A DNA stretch of 64,000 bases from Patescibacteria group bacterium (lineage in GTDB: Bacteria; Patescibacteriota; Minisyncoccia; Phycocordibacterales; DATDWN01): positions 28,994-92,993 of the forward strand of contig JACDEV010000001.1 in the NCBI GenBank assembly GCA_013816135.1. The letters run 5' to 3'. The notes below the pieces were generated by a model that did no database searches, was not told the origin of the DNA, and saw only the letters and a program-made list of their open reading frames with translations. Made by a program: the position numbers and the translations under genes. This document shows positions 49,704 to 59,400 of this stretch, piece after piece (positions within the stretch are counted from its first letter, which is position 1; the number at the start of each line of letters is the position of its first letter).

Positions 49704-50227
49704 AATTTTTTAAAAATGAATCCATAGTGATGGCTTCCCGCAAATATCTCACGGTCTAAATGAAATCCGTGGTGAAGAAAAAGATCTTTGACCGTTTCTT
49801 TTTTCATAACATGCTCTGGTATAGGTCCAAGTCCGCCGAATGAATCCGTCCAATCTACCACCAATACTTTCCCGGCAGGCTTCAATACCCTTTTAGCTTC
49901 ATTTATTGTACCTTTTTTATCCTCAACTTGAAAAAGAACATTACATAGAAACACAATGTCTGCTGAAGCACTCTTGAGTTTTGTGCCATTTTCTTTTTCA
50001 ATATCTCCCCAAATGACTTCGATATTATAAAGTCCATCCTTTGCTGCTGTATTCTTCAGTTTTGTCAGAAGGTCTTTCTGGGCATCAATTGCATAAACTC
50101 TTCCTGTAGCCATGAGAGCTCTTGCTGCTGCTATAGAGTAATGTCCTGACCCACTGCCAAAATCTGCAATTTCTTGACCTACTTGTATTCCGCACTGCTC
50201 GACATTTTTTACCGGATCAGAAAACAT
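49700..50227 (-). CDS. Class I SAM-dependent methyltransferase
   Basis: IADFGSGSG, VYAID, RVLKPAG, VVDW. Confidence 0.9.
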   Translation of the reverse strand: MFSDPVKNVEQCGIQVGQEIADFGSGSGHYSIAAARALMATGRVYAIDAQKDLLTKLKNTAAKDGLYNIEVIWGDIEKENGTKLKSASADIVFLCNVLFQVEDKKGTINEAKRVLKPAGKVLVVDWTDSFGGLGPIPEHVMKKETVKDLFLHHGFHLDREIFAGSHHYGFIFKKL

Positions 50228-50282
50228 ATAACTTTATTATAGTATGAAAAAATCCCTTAAGTAAGGGAGTTATTAACAAATA

Positions 50283-50397
50283 AAATCTCATACTCACAAC
50301 ATGCTTTCCTCAACACGCGTAAATCGCTGTTGCGATTTCGCTATGCTCGCTTACCCAGCTGTGCAAGTCTCGGAAAACATATTATTCGATGAGATTT
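50283..50397 (-). repeat. Branched palindromic element, copy 1
   Basis: Core gacttgcacag...cgagcatagcgaaa-[hairpin]-tttacgcg inside terminal inverted repeats. Confidence 0.75.
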
Positions 50398-50410
50398 AGT
50401 TAAAATGAAT

Positions 50411-50525
50411 ATTTCTCGTTGAGTCATAAGTTTTCTGAGACCTTCGCAAGGCTGACGAGCCGAGAAAAGCAAAATCTTTTCAAAGATTTATGCGTGTTGA
50501 AGAAAACTTATGACGAGAAAGAGAT
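50411..50525 (+). repeat. Branched palindromic element, copy 2
   Basis: Core gaccttcgcaag...cgagaaaagcaaaa-[hairpin]-tttatgcg. Confidence 0.75.
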
Positions 50526-50527
50526 TT

Positions 50528-53012
50528 CTACAAACATATCAAACTTGCTATCGAGTCGCCCTCCCGCAACTTCATAACCCTCACTCCCTGAGTCTGACGG
50601 CCTAGAACCGGAATCTCCTTTGCGTCTACACGTATAACCTGAGATTTCTTTGAGATGGCTACAACTTCTGCCTCGTCACTAGAGAATATCTTCGCTGAGA
50701 TGATATTTCCGGTCTTTGGAGTGACCTTTGCTGTTTTTATTCCTGACCCACCTCTATTTTGGATTTTGTATTCATCAATATCGGTTTTCTTTCCATATCC
50801 ATTATTTGAAATAACCATTATGGTAGCTGAGTTAACTGAGTTTGAAACGGTTTCAGCTGATATAACTTCATCGCCCTTGCCAAGCTTCATTCCACGAACA
50901 CCCATTGCTGTCCTACCCATCTCTCTTATATCTGATTCTTTGAAATGTATAGCCTGACCTTTTGCTGTAACGATAATCACAGTATCTTTCTTGTGAACAA
51001 ACGAAGCAGAGATTAGGGAATCACCACCATCTAGTTTGATCGCAATAATTCCAGAGATGCGCACATCATGAAAGCTGGCAGTAGAAACTTTCTTGGCTAC
51101 TCCTTGTTTGGTCACCATCATAAGTGAGCTTTCTGACTTCTTAACTTCCTTTGGCATTGGAAGAATAGAGGTGATTTTTTCACCTTCGAATAATGGGAGA
51201 AAATTCTGGACTGATTTACCTCGAGTTGCTCGCCTACCTTCTGGAATATCATACATTTTGGTCTGATATACCTTTCCTTTGTCAGTAAAGAACAAAAGGT
51301 CGGAATGAGTGGAAGTTATGAGAAGCATAGTTACAAAATCCTCTTCTTTGGTATCAAGGTCCACAACACCGACTCCCCCTCGTTTTTGTTTTCTAAATTC
51401 ATCTGGATTTGTACGCTTAATATATCCGCCTGCTGTCAAAACAAGTGCGTTCTCTTCATCTGCGATTAAATCTTCAACAGATAATATTTGAGCTCCGCCT
51501 TTGATTATTCGAGTTCTCCTTTCATCTCCGTACTTTTCTTTAATCTCTTTGCTCTCATCTTTAATTATTCCAAGAATCTTTTTTGGACTAGATAAAATAG
51601 CTTTCATTTCATCTATGAAAAGCTGGACTGCCTTCAATTCATCCTCGATTTTCTTTCTTTCAAGACCTGCAAGTCGTGAAAGCTTCATTTCCAAAATAGC
51701 TGTGGCCTGGATAGCAGAGAACTTGAACTCTGACATCAATTTTTTGTGTGCTTCCGGTGTATCTTTGGAACCACGGATGAGTTTGATTATCTGATCAATA
51801 TGATCGAGAGCTTTTTTCAATCCAAGAAGGATATGTTCTCTTTCTTGTGCCTTTCTTAAATCATATTCTGTTCGTTTTCTGATCACTGTCATTCGGTGAG
51901 TAACAAACTCTTCCAAAATTCCTTTTAGAGATAGAGTTTCTGGTACACCATTTACCAATGCAACCATGTTGTAATGGAAAGCTTCTTCAAGCTGAGTGTG
52001 CTTATATATATAATTCAAAACTGACTGTGGGTGAGAAGTTCCTTTGAGGTCAATTGCTATTCGAATATCCTTTGCAGACTCATCTCGCATAGCTTTTACT
52101 CCTTCAAGTTTTTTGTCTCGAACTAGTTCAGCTATCTTTGTAATAAGGTTTGCCTTGTTTACTCTATATGGAATGGAAGTAATAATAATCTGAAAATTCC
52201 CTGCTTTGTTTTCAACAATCTCCGCAACACCTCGAGTAACCACTCCGCCTTTTCCATTTGCATAGGCGTGAGCAATATCTTTTTGATTGAAAGCCACTCC
52301 TCCAATCGGAAAAATCTGGACCTTTAACGAACTGAAGTAGGTCTTCTGTTGTTGCGTCTTTATTGTCCACAAGATGAATTACGGCATCCATGACTTCTCC
52401 TAAGTTATGAGGAGGAATATTTGTTGCCATACCAACTGCAATACCCAAAGTTCCATTCAAAAGAAGGTTGGGGACTCGAGTTGGCAAAACTGCAGGCTCT
52501 TTCTTTGTGCCATCATAGTTCGGAAGAAAATTAACTGTCTCTTTTTCAATATCACGGAGAAGTTCTCCAGCAATCCTAGACATCTTGGCTTCGGTATATC
52601 GATAAGCCGCCGCATTATCACCGTCGATAGAACCAAAGTTTCCTTGTCCGATGATAAGTGGATACCGCATCGTGAAATCCTGAGCCATTTTGACCATAGA
52701 GTCGTAGACGGCAACGTCACCATGAGGATGGTAATCTCCAATAACCGCTCCAACTACTGTCGCTGATTTTCTAGTCTTGCCTGAAACAGTCAAGCCATTT
52801 TCATTCATCGCATGAAGAATCCTTCTATGTACTGGTTTCAATCCATCACGGACGTCAGGAAGGGCACGGTCAGTAATAACAGACATAGCGTAGTCGATAA
52901 AAGAGGTCTTCATTTCATCGATAATTTCCTGAGAAATAACGTTCACTCTTGGCAATATCGGCTCGTCTTTAGGAGTATCTGTAGATTTTTTAGGCATAAA
53001 AATATAGGTCAA
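50528..53012 (-). CDS. gyrA: DNA gyrase subunit A, split by a single-base frameshift at ~52310-52314
   Basis: N-part [27 protein letters not shown]; continues in another frame as FPIGG...IPY, QKRGGVG and C-terminal repeats; one extra T in GAT TTT T CCG. Confidence 0.93.
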
Positions 53013-53052
53013 TTATATCATATTCATAAAGCATTTCAAACACATATTTTAA

Positions 53053-53367
53053 TTATTGATTGCTAGTTTTAGCCCTAGAAGTAGTTGTGGAATAATAAAC
53101 TGAAGAATTTTTAATGGAAGAAAGAGTGTCTTTGATTGCCTTAAATCCTCCTGTAAGAGTTTCACCAAAAGTGGAAAGTGGACTCGGCTCTAAACTAGAA
53201 GCATTTTGTGTCTGAATTTGTTTTTGTCGGAAATCTGGATAAATAACAGAAAGCCAGATTACAAAAATAAGTCCTGAAATAAAGAAGGCAAAAGAAAAAG
53301 CAATTTGTTTTTTCTGACGCGGGGACTTTTGCCTTACTTTTTCAAGTATTTCTAACATTTTAAACAA
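53053..53367 (-). CDS. Hypothetical single-TM protein
   Basis: Basic N-terminus and TM IAFSFAFFISGLIFVIWL. Confidence 0.7.
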   Translation of the reverse strand: MFKMLEILEKVRQKSPRQKKQIAFSFAFFISGLIFVIWLSVIYPDFRQKQIQTQNASSLEPSPLSTFGETLTGGFKAIKDTLSSIKNSSVYYSTTTSRAKTSNQ

Positions 53368-53995
53368 TTTCCAATACCGAAACTTCTGCTTCCATTCCTT
53401 CCAAGTCTTTTTTCTTAATAGTTAGCTTGTCTACTGGTTTTACTGCCTCACTACCAGATTCTTTCAAAAATACTTTCAAAGCATTTTTGTCACCCACGTC
53501 TTCAAAATGACTTGGAATGATGAGCTTTGGTTCGAACTGTACAGCGAGCTTATGTGCGCTTGCTGCATCCAAGACTCCGTTACCTCCTATAGGTACAAAA
53601 AGAATATCAATACCATCAATTGCTTCTTTAGTTTCAGAGCTTAAATCCTTGTCACCCAATGCACCAAGAAAACAGAGATTAATACCTTCTAGATACACTG
53701 TATATATAGTATTGACCTTTTCTTCACCGCCGTAATTAGATTTAGATAGAAAGCCTTTGATAAAAACTCCTGATACTTCGTACTCACCTGGACCTTTAAT
53801 TAGAAATGATTCTTTGTCACCGCGTGAAGTGACGTCTGAGCCATTGTGTTCAGGGCTGTTTAAAGAAATTAGGGTTATATCGCTTCCGAATCTAGTAGCT
53901 TTTAATTTTGAATCTTTTGAAATAGGATTAACTGCAATAGTAGTGTCTCCGAAGGTAACTTTGAAAAAATCTGCACCATGGTATGTAATTATCAT
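53360..53995 (-). CDS. MBL-fold protein (Zn-dependent hydrolase-like, degenerate motif)
   Basis: MIITYHG, GPGEYEVSG, DILFVPIG, IIPSH. Confidence 0.8.
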   Translation of the reverse strand: MIITYHGADFFKVTFGDTTIAVNPISKDSKLKATRFGSDITLISLNSPEHNGSDVTSRGDKESFLIKGPGEYEVSGVFIKGFLSKSNYGGEEKVNTIYTVYLEGINLCFLGALGDKDLSSETKEAIDGIDILFVPIGGNGVLDAASAHKLAVQFEPKLIIPSHFEDVGDKNALKVFLKESGSEAVKPVDKLTIKKKDLEGMEAEVSVLEIV

Positions 53996-54085
53996 AAGTC
54001 GATTATATAGGAATATTCTTTAATTTTCAATTTATACAACAACACCGCCAGACAAACGATGTTGTTGGCGGTGTTCCACAATCTA

Positions 54086-54340
54086 CTAACCTTTGATTCC
54101 AATCCAATCTGCTTTCGTTTGTCCCTTTTGAAAAGCTTCGAGTCGCTCTTTGTACATACGTAAGTCCAAAGCTTCGACTTCTTTCTGAGGAACCTGACGA
54201 TATATAGGGTCGAATCTCAATCTACCGTACTCTTTTCCCCCTTTGGTAATCGAAAGAATATCTCCGACAGAACGACCTATCACATACTCCTTCTTCTGGG
54301 GATTGTGCAACTGCGAGAATTCAACAAAAATTGGTGTCAT
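54086..54340 (-). CDS. Orphan small protein
   Basis: SD AAGGAGG; terminator aacaccgcca/tggcggtgtt at 54041-54075. Confidence 0.7.
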   Translation of the reverse strand: MTPIFVEFSQLHNPQKKEYVIGRSVGDILSITKGGKEYGRLRFDPIYRQVPQKEVEALDLRMYKERLEAFQKGQTKADWIGIKG

Positions 54341-54486
54341 TAACTAACCTCCTTGATTACCCTCTCATATATCCCTACCGGGGTCAATTACGTAGACAAA
54401 ACTTTAATTTTCGATTTATTTTTAAATTTACGACAAAAGAAAAGCCCCGATTGAAGCCGGCCACAGTTGGCCGACTTCTTTCGAGA

Positions 54487-54630
54487 CTAGCACTGATGAA
54501 TTGCAATGATGATGGAAAGTAGCCCGGCAAGCACAGCGACAAACGCAGTGAGCCACCGGTAACGAGTATCCCCGCCAACATACAAACTGACATTAAACGC
54601 GCACACCACTGCACACACAAAAGAACCCAT
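54487..54630 (-). CDS. 47-aa hydrophobic small protein (not in the ORF track)
   Basis: TTGACA-N16-TATAAT, SD AGGAGG, MGSFVCAVVCAFNVSLYVGGDTRYRWLTAFVAVLAGLLSIIIAIHQC, downstream hairpins. Confidence 0.7.
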   Translation of the reverse strand: MGSFVCAVVCAFNVSLYVGGDTRYRWLTAFVAVLAGLLSIIIAIHQC

Positions 54631-54709
54631 GATCTAATCCTCCTATTCTATATTATACACAATAATACAATATTGTCAAGTAGATTAAAAACTCTCATTC
54701 ATGTATAGT

Positions 54710-54801
54710 CAGACTCGTACATTAATAGCCGTAGTTTGCCTTAACCTTATCTCTTCCTGAATGCTTACTGTCCGAGATAAAAAGCTAACTACACACAACT
54801 A
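54710..54801 (+). promoter_or_regulatory. Structured rpsA 5' leader
   Basis: TATAGT -10 box; pairings gtagtt/aactac and ttatctc/gagataa; no SD. Confidence 0.4.
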
Positions 54802-55947
54802 ATGTCAACAGCAACAGTAGGTAACGAAGAAGAAGTTAGAGATGAAACTCTAGAAAATGATGCAGAGCCAGTAAAGAAGGAAGGAACTATGTCTCGCATC
54901 TTGAATGCGAGTGCAAACCCTCCATCAATAGATGATGTTATAGAAGGAAAAGTAATCGGGATTGAAAAGTCATCGGTTTATATCGACATACCTCCATTTG
55001 GAACAGGTATTATTTATGGACGAGAATATATCAACGCTCGAGACATTATAAAGAAGATAAATGTTGGAGACAGCGTTGCTGGAAAAGTGGTTAGCCTTTC
55101 AAACAAAGATGGTTATATCGAAATTTCACTAAAAGAAGCAAGGCAAGCACTTATCTGGAGCGAAGCAGAAGACGCTATTCGAGACAAGAAAATCTTTGAA
55201 TTACCTATTCAAGAAGCCAACAAAGGAGGACTTATCCTCGCATGGCAAGGTATTTCTGGTTTTCTTCCAGCTTCACAGCTTAAAACTGAACACTACCCAC
55301 GAGTAGCTGATGGAGACAAAGAAAGAATCTTAGAAGAACTAAAGAAACTTGTTGGTCAGAAAATCTCAGTTGCAATCATTGGAGCAAGCCCTAAGGAAGG
55401 TAAGCTTATTTTCTCTGAAAAGAATCCTGAACAGAAGAATAAAGACTATATTATTGGCAAATATGCTTTGGGTGACGAAGTTATGGGAGAAATCACAGGA
55501 ATGGTTGATTTCGGAGTGTTCGTAAAACTTGAAGAAGGCTTAGAAGGACTTGTTCACATTTCTGAAATCGATTGGGCACTTGTTGAAAGTCCAAAACTTC
55601 TATTCCACATCGGAGAAAAAGTTAAAGTAAAAATAATAGAAATAAAGGAAGGCAAGATTTCTCTATCTATCAAGGCACTGAAAGAAAACCCTTGGAAAGA
55701 AGCTGAGAAGAAATACAAAAAAGACGACGTTGTTGAAGGTGTAGTTATAAAATTCAACAAGCACGGTGCACTAGCTTCTATCGAAGAAGGAATCGCAGGA
55801 CTTGTTCATATTTCTGAATTCGGTAGCGACCAAGTTCTTCACGACAAGCTTGAATTAGGTAAAAACTATAAATTCAAGATTTCAATGTTCGATGCAAAGG
55901 AACAGAAAATGACTTTGTCTTATATTGACCCAAGTAAGAAAGAGTAG
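54802..55947 (+). CDS. rpsA: 30S ribosomal protein bS1 (four S1 domains)
   Basis: NKGGL..GFLPASQL, DFGVFV..EGLVHISE repeats. Confidence 0.95.
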   Translation: MSTATVGNEEEVRDETLENDAEPVKKEGTMSRILNASANPPSIDDVIEGKVIGIEKSSVYIDIPPFGTGIIYGREYINARDIIKKINVGDSVAGKVVSLSNKDGYIEISLKEARQALIWSEAEDAIRDKKIFELPIQEANKGGLILAWQGISGFLPASQLKTEHYPRVADGDKERILEELKKLVGQKISVAIIGASPKEGKLIFSEKNPEQKNKDYIIGKYALGDEVMGEITGMVDFGVFVKLEEGLEGLVHISEIDWALVESPKLLFHIGEKVKVKIIEIKEGKISLSIKALKENPWKEAEKKYKKDDVVEGVVIKFNKHGALASIEEGIAGLVHISEFGSDQVLHDKLELGKNYKFKISMFDAKEQKMTLSYIDPSKKE

Positions 55948-55953
55948 TTATCC

Positions 55954-56138
55954 TAATAATTTTCCAAGACACGCATAAAGCCCTACTAGGGCTTTTGCTA
56001 TGCTCGTCAATCAAGAAAACAATCAATAAAATGAATTGTGTCCTTTCGCAAACTCGGCTACTGCCTCAAACAGTGCTTCGGACTATTCATTTTATTGTTG
56101 TTTTCTAATTGACTGTGCAATGTCTTGGAAAATTATTA
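55954..56138 (-). repeat. Branched palindromic element, copy 3 (long form)
   Basis: 17-bp terminal IR taataattttccaagac; core ttgcacag...cactgtttgaggcagtagccgagtttg...cgagcatagcaaaa-[hairpin]-tttatgcg. Confidence 0.8.
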
Positions 56139-56209
56139 CTCAAACTTATTGTTAAACAAACTCAAGTGCACGTCTTGACAATTAGAGGTTTATAGTGTAT
56201 ACATCTGCG

Positions 56210-56518
56210 ATGAAATTTATTGCAGGTACATGCCTTTTTATAGCCCTACTCTCACCTAACTTTGCTGTTGCTGCGGGTTTTCAGAGTGAAAAAGTTTCAG
56301 CTTCCATCGAAGATAACGGCAACTGGCAATTAACTGACCTACAGTCACATGTAACTTGGCATGGAGAGTGGCTTTTCGGCCACATGATGAAAGTCAGCGG
56401 AAGTGATGATTCATGCTTTATTCTAGGAGAAAATGAAAAAGGTTTGGTTCAACTTGATTGCACAAATTTGAAAGAAATCAGTATACTTATCTATTACGAA
56501 CACTCAAATTCTAATTAA
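56210..56518 (+). CDS. Orphan secreted small protein
   Basis: Signal peptide MKFIAGTCLFIALLSPNFAVA; TTGACA promoter just upstream. Confidence 0.65.
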   Translation: MKFIAGTCLFIALLSPNFAVAAGFQSEKVSASIEDNGNWQLTDLQSHVTWHGEWLFGHMMKVSGSDDSCFILGENEKGLVQLDCTNLKEISILIYYEHSNSN

Positions 56519-57098
56519 ATCCAGTCATTGCCTTATCAAGTCCATCTGAGATGAAAGTTTCGATTGTTTGATTTACTTTTTTAGATAGTTTCTTTAATTC
56601 GGCTACTTCTTCTGGTTTGAATTTACCTAAAATAACTTTTGTAACAGCAGCTTCACCAGAAGGCTTTTTTATTTTGCCTGTTGGGGTCGTTGGAGAAATT
56701 CCAATCCTAACTCTGGAAAATTTTTCAGTCTTTATAGCTTTTATTATTGATTCAACTCCCCTATGACCTCCTGAAGAACGGTTAAAAGAGATTTTGGACT
56801 TTCCGAAAGGCATATCTAAATCATCATAGATTATAATCATTTTTTCCGCTGCTTTAACACTGCCCACTAGTGGCTTAACGGATTTACCAGAATCATTCAT
56901 AAAAGTATCTGGTAACACTAAAGTTACTGTTTGCTTCCCGACTTTTACTTTCGCCACTTGGGCATTCAGTTTCTTATCAGCTTTCCAATCAGCATCTAAA
57001 GATTTTCCAAACCATTCTACCAACATTCGTCCAGTATTATGGCGTGTTTCTTCATATTCAGCACCTGGATTACCCAACCCTACTAATATGTATGACAT
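56511..57098 (-). CDS. pth: Peptidyl-tRNA hydrolase
   Basis: VGLGNPG..Y..TRHN, FMN.SG, YDDLD, GGHRG, RVRIGI. Confidence 0.96.
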   Translation of the reverse strand: MSYILVGLGNPGAEYEETRHNTGRMLVEWFGKSLDADWKADKKLNAQVAKVKVGKQTVTLVLPDTFMNDSGKSVKPLVGSVKAAEKMIIIYDDLDMPFGKSKISFNRSSGGHRGVESIIKAIKTEKFSRVRIGISPTTPTGKIKKPSGEAAVTKVILGKFKPEEVAELKKLSKKVNQTIETFISDGLDKAMTGFN

Positions 57099-57130
57099 AA
57101 AAATAATTATAACATACCTCCTTTACTGTA

Positions 57131-57245
57131 AAAACTCGTTGAGATCATTTGTTTTTAGAGACTTCGCAGTGCGACGGCGCGAGATAAGCAAAATCTCAGC
57201 AGAGATTTATGCGGTTTATAAAAACAAATGTTGAGAAAGAGTTTT
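57131..57245 (+). repeat. Branched palindromic element, copy 4
   Basis: Core gacttcgcag...cgagataagcaaaa-[hairpin]-tttatgcg. Confidence 0.75.
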
Positions 57246-57306
57246 GATTTATTACGTCACGCAAAATCCCATTGTGTCAAACGTACATCACCTGTATACT
57301 GCAACC

Positions 57307-57891
57307 ATGAATGAAGAAACTCCTTTAATTTCTCCTATTAAACCCCAATCTTCCAATAAAGCTGTTCTGAAAGAAATAATAATATTGGGCCTCATTGCAC
57401 TTGGAATCATACTTCCATTTCGGCTTTTTATTGCCGAGCCTTATATAGTTTCAGGAGCCTCAATGGACCCTACATTTAAAACTGGAGACTATTTAATAGT
57501 AGATAAGCTTTCATATGAACTAGGAACCCCAAAAAGGAATACAGTTATAGTATTCAAATACCCTAACGACCCTACAAAAAGCTTCATCAAAAGAGTGATT
57601 GGTTTACCCGGCGAAACTGTAATTATGGAAGGTAATAATGTTCGAATAATAAATAAGGACAAACCACAAGGTTTTGAAGTTGATCAATCCTATGTAACTC
57701 ATCCCCAAGCAGAATCTTTCCAAAAAACATTAAAAAGCGATGAGTATTTCGTTATGGGAGATAATAGAAGGGAAAGTTTTGATTCCAGATCATGGGGACC
57801 ACTTCAGAAAAAGTTTATTCTTGGTAAACCAATACTAAGATTATTTCCAATAAATAAAATAAGTGTGCAGCCAGGAAAGGATGATAAGTAA
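57307..57891 (+). CDS. lepB: Signal peptidase I
   Basis: SGASMDPT, FIKRVIGLPG, MGDNR..SFDSR..GP. Confidence 0.96.
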   Translation: MNEETPLISPIKPQSSNKAVLKEIIILGLIALGIILPFRLFIAEPYIVSGASMDPTFKTGDYLIVDKLSYELGTPKRNTVIVFKYPNDPTKSFIKRVIGLPGETVIMEGNNVRIINKDKPQGFEVDQSYVTHPQAESFQKTLKSDEYFVMGDNRRESFDSRSWGPLQKKFILGKPILRLFPINKISVQPGKDDK

Positions 57892-57908
57892 AAAATAGTT
57901 TAATTACA

Positions 57909-59108
57909 ATGGGTAAAAAAGAACCAATCAAAGAAAAAACCCATTTAGAAAGTATTACCGATAAGATCGGTGAAATTGCTGTGCACTATGGTTTTACTGT
58001 TATCAAACCTCCAACAGTTTCAAACGACGATCTGTCAAAATCAAAGCAATTCAAAGAATTTGACCATTATGGAGATGTTGAAGAGAAAGTAGCCCTTACT
58101 CGATGGTACATGGATGCAAGACTAGATTTAGAATCGCAGCCACTAGCTATTCATTTCAAAAAACCACTGCCGGGAAGTTTATTGAGGAAGAAAGCAACTC
58201 ACGAAATGTATGGCTTTGAGATAATGGGAAGCAACAGATGTACGAGTGAAGCTCTACTTATAAAATGTGCTTTAGCAGTTCTAGAGGAGCAAGGTTATGA
58301 AGACATATATATAGACATAAACAGCATCGGAGATCGTGAATCTATAAACAAATTTGAGAGGGAATTAAACACCTATTTCCGTAAGAACGGCAATGCTTTG
58401 CCAGTAAAACATAGACAGGAATTCAAAAAAAATCACTATTCAATACTCTTGAGGCCGACAGCAGAAACAAAAGAATTTCTTGATAACGCACCACAACCTG
58501 TAGCTTCCCTTTCAGAACTCGGAAGGATTCATTTTAAGGAAGTTCTTGAATCTATCGAAGCTTTTGATGTTGCCTACAAAATAAAATCTAATATTTTATC
58601 TAACAAGAACTACGCCTCTTATACAATTTTTGAGATAAGACAATCTTCAAAAACAGAAGGTGAAGCAGATGAGTTGTTAGCTTACGGCTATCGATACAAT
58701 CACTTAGCAAAAAAACTAGGAGGTAAAAGAGAGATACCTTCAATCGGTGTAACTATTATAGTAAAAAAAGATCCTAAACTCTTAAAGAAGGTTTTAGTAA
58801 AAAACATAAAAAAGCCTAGATTTTACCTCGTACAGCTAGGTTCGACTGCAAAACTCAAAGCTTTAAATATTGTTGAAATGCTTCGAAAGTTAAAAATACC
58901 TGTTTACCATTCAATTACTAAAGACAAGATTACTGGGCAATTAAACGGAGCAGAATATATGAAAGCTACTCACGTACTCATAATGGGTCAGAAAGAAGCT
59001 ATTGAGAACTCTATCGTCGTTCGTAATGTCTCAAACAGAGAGCAAGAAACTATCCCTTTAGAAGAGCTTGGTGAATTCTTGAGGAACTTAGATAGCGGCA
59101 AGAAATAA
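57909..59108 (+). CDS. Histidyl-tRNA synthetase-like protein with degenerate catalytic motifs
   Basis: GFEIMG, INSIGD, YRYNHL..LGG..IPSIG, C-terminal anticodon-binding domain; no recognisable motif 2 or motif 3 ERL. Confidence 0.75.
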   Translation: MGKKEPIKEKTHLESITDKIGEIAVHYGFTVIKPPTVSNDDLSKSKQFKEFDHYGDVEEKVALTRWYMDARLDLESQPLAIHFKKPLPGSLLRKKATHEMYGFEIMGSNRCTSEALLIKCALAVLEEQGYEDIYIDINSIGDRESINKFERELNTYFRKNGNALPVKHRQEFKKNHYSILLRPTAETKEFLDNAPQPVASLSELGRIHFKEVLESIEAFDVAYKIKSNILSNKNYASYTIFEIRQSSKTEGEADELLAYGYRYNHLAKKLGGKREIPSIGVTIIVKKDPKLLKKVLVKNIKKPRFYLVQLGSTAKLKALNIVEMLRKLKIPVYHSITKDKITGQLNGAEYMKATHVLIMGQKEAIENSIVVRNVSNREQETIPLEELGEFLRNLDSGKK

Positions 59109-59149
59109 GCCTTGAACTCATTTTAATCTTGTGCTAGAGTAGACCTCAT

Positions 59150-59398
59150 ATGATAAACGCAGAAGTAGTAAAAACTGGAAACGAAAACAACCTTAACCTC
59201 ATCAGACGATTTACCAAAAGAGTCCAAGGTTCAGGTATTTTGCCACGAGTAAGAAGCATAAGATATGCTTCAAGAAAAATGTCTGAATACGTAAAGCAGA
59301 AAAAAACCTTGAAGGTCTTGAAAAGACGAGAAGAGGTAAATGAACTAATAAAAATGGGAAAAATGTCTGAATATACAGGACGAGGAGCAAAGAAATAG
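59150..59398 (+). CDS. rpsU: 30S ribosomal protein bS21-like
   Basis: EN..NLIRRFTKRVQ.SGIL..VR..RY pattern, basic. Confidence 0.75.
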   Translation: MINAEVVKTGNENNLNLIRRFTKRVQGSGILPRVRSIRYASRKMSEYVKQKKTLKVLKRREEVNELIKMGKMSEYTGRGAKK

Positions 59399-59400
59399 TA

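Noticed and set aside
54384-54620. 78-aa ORF from the track
   Set aside because: The SD and promoter fit the 47-aa ORF at 54487-54630 in another frame, and this ORF runs through the terminator hairpins.
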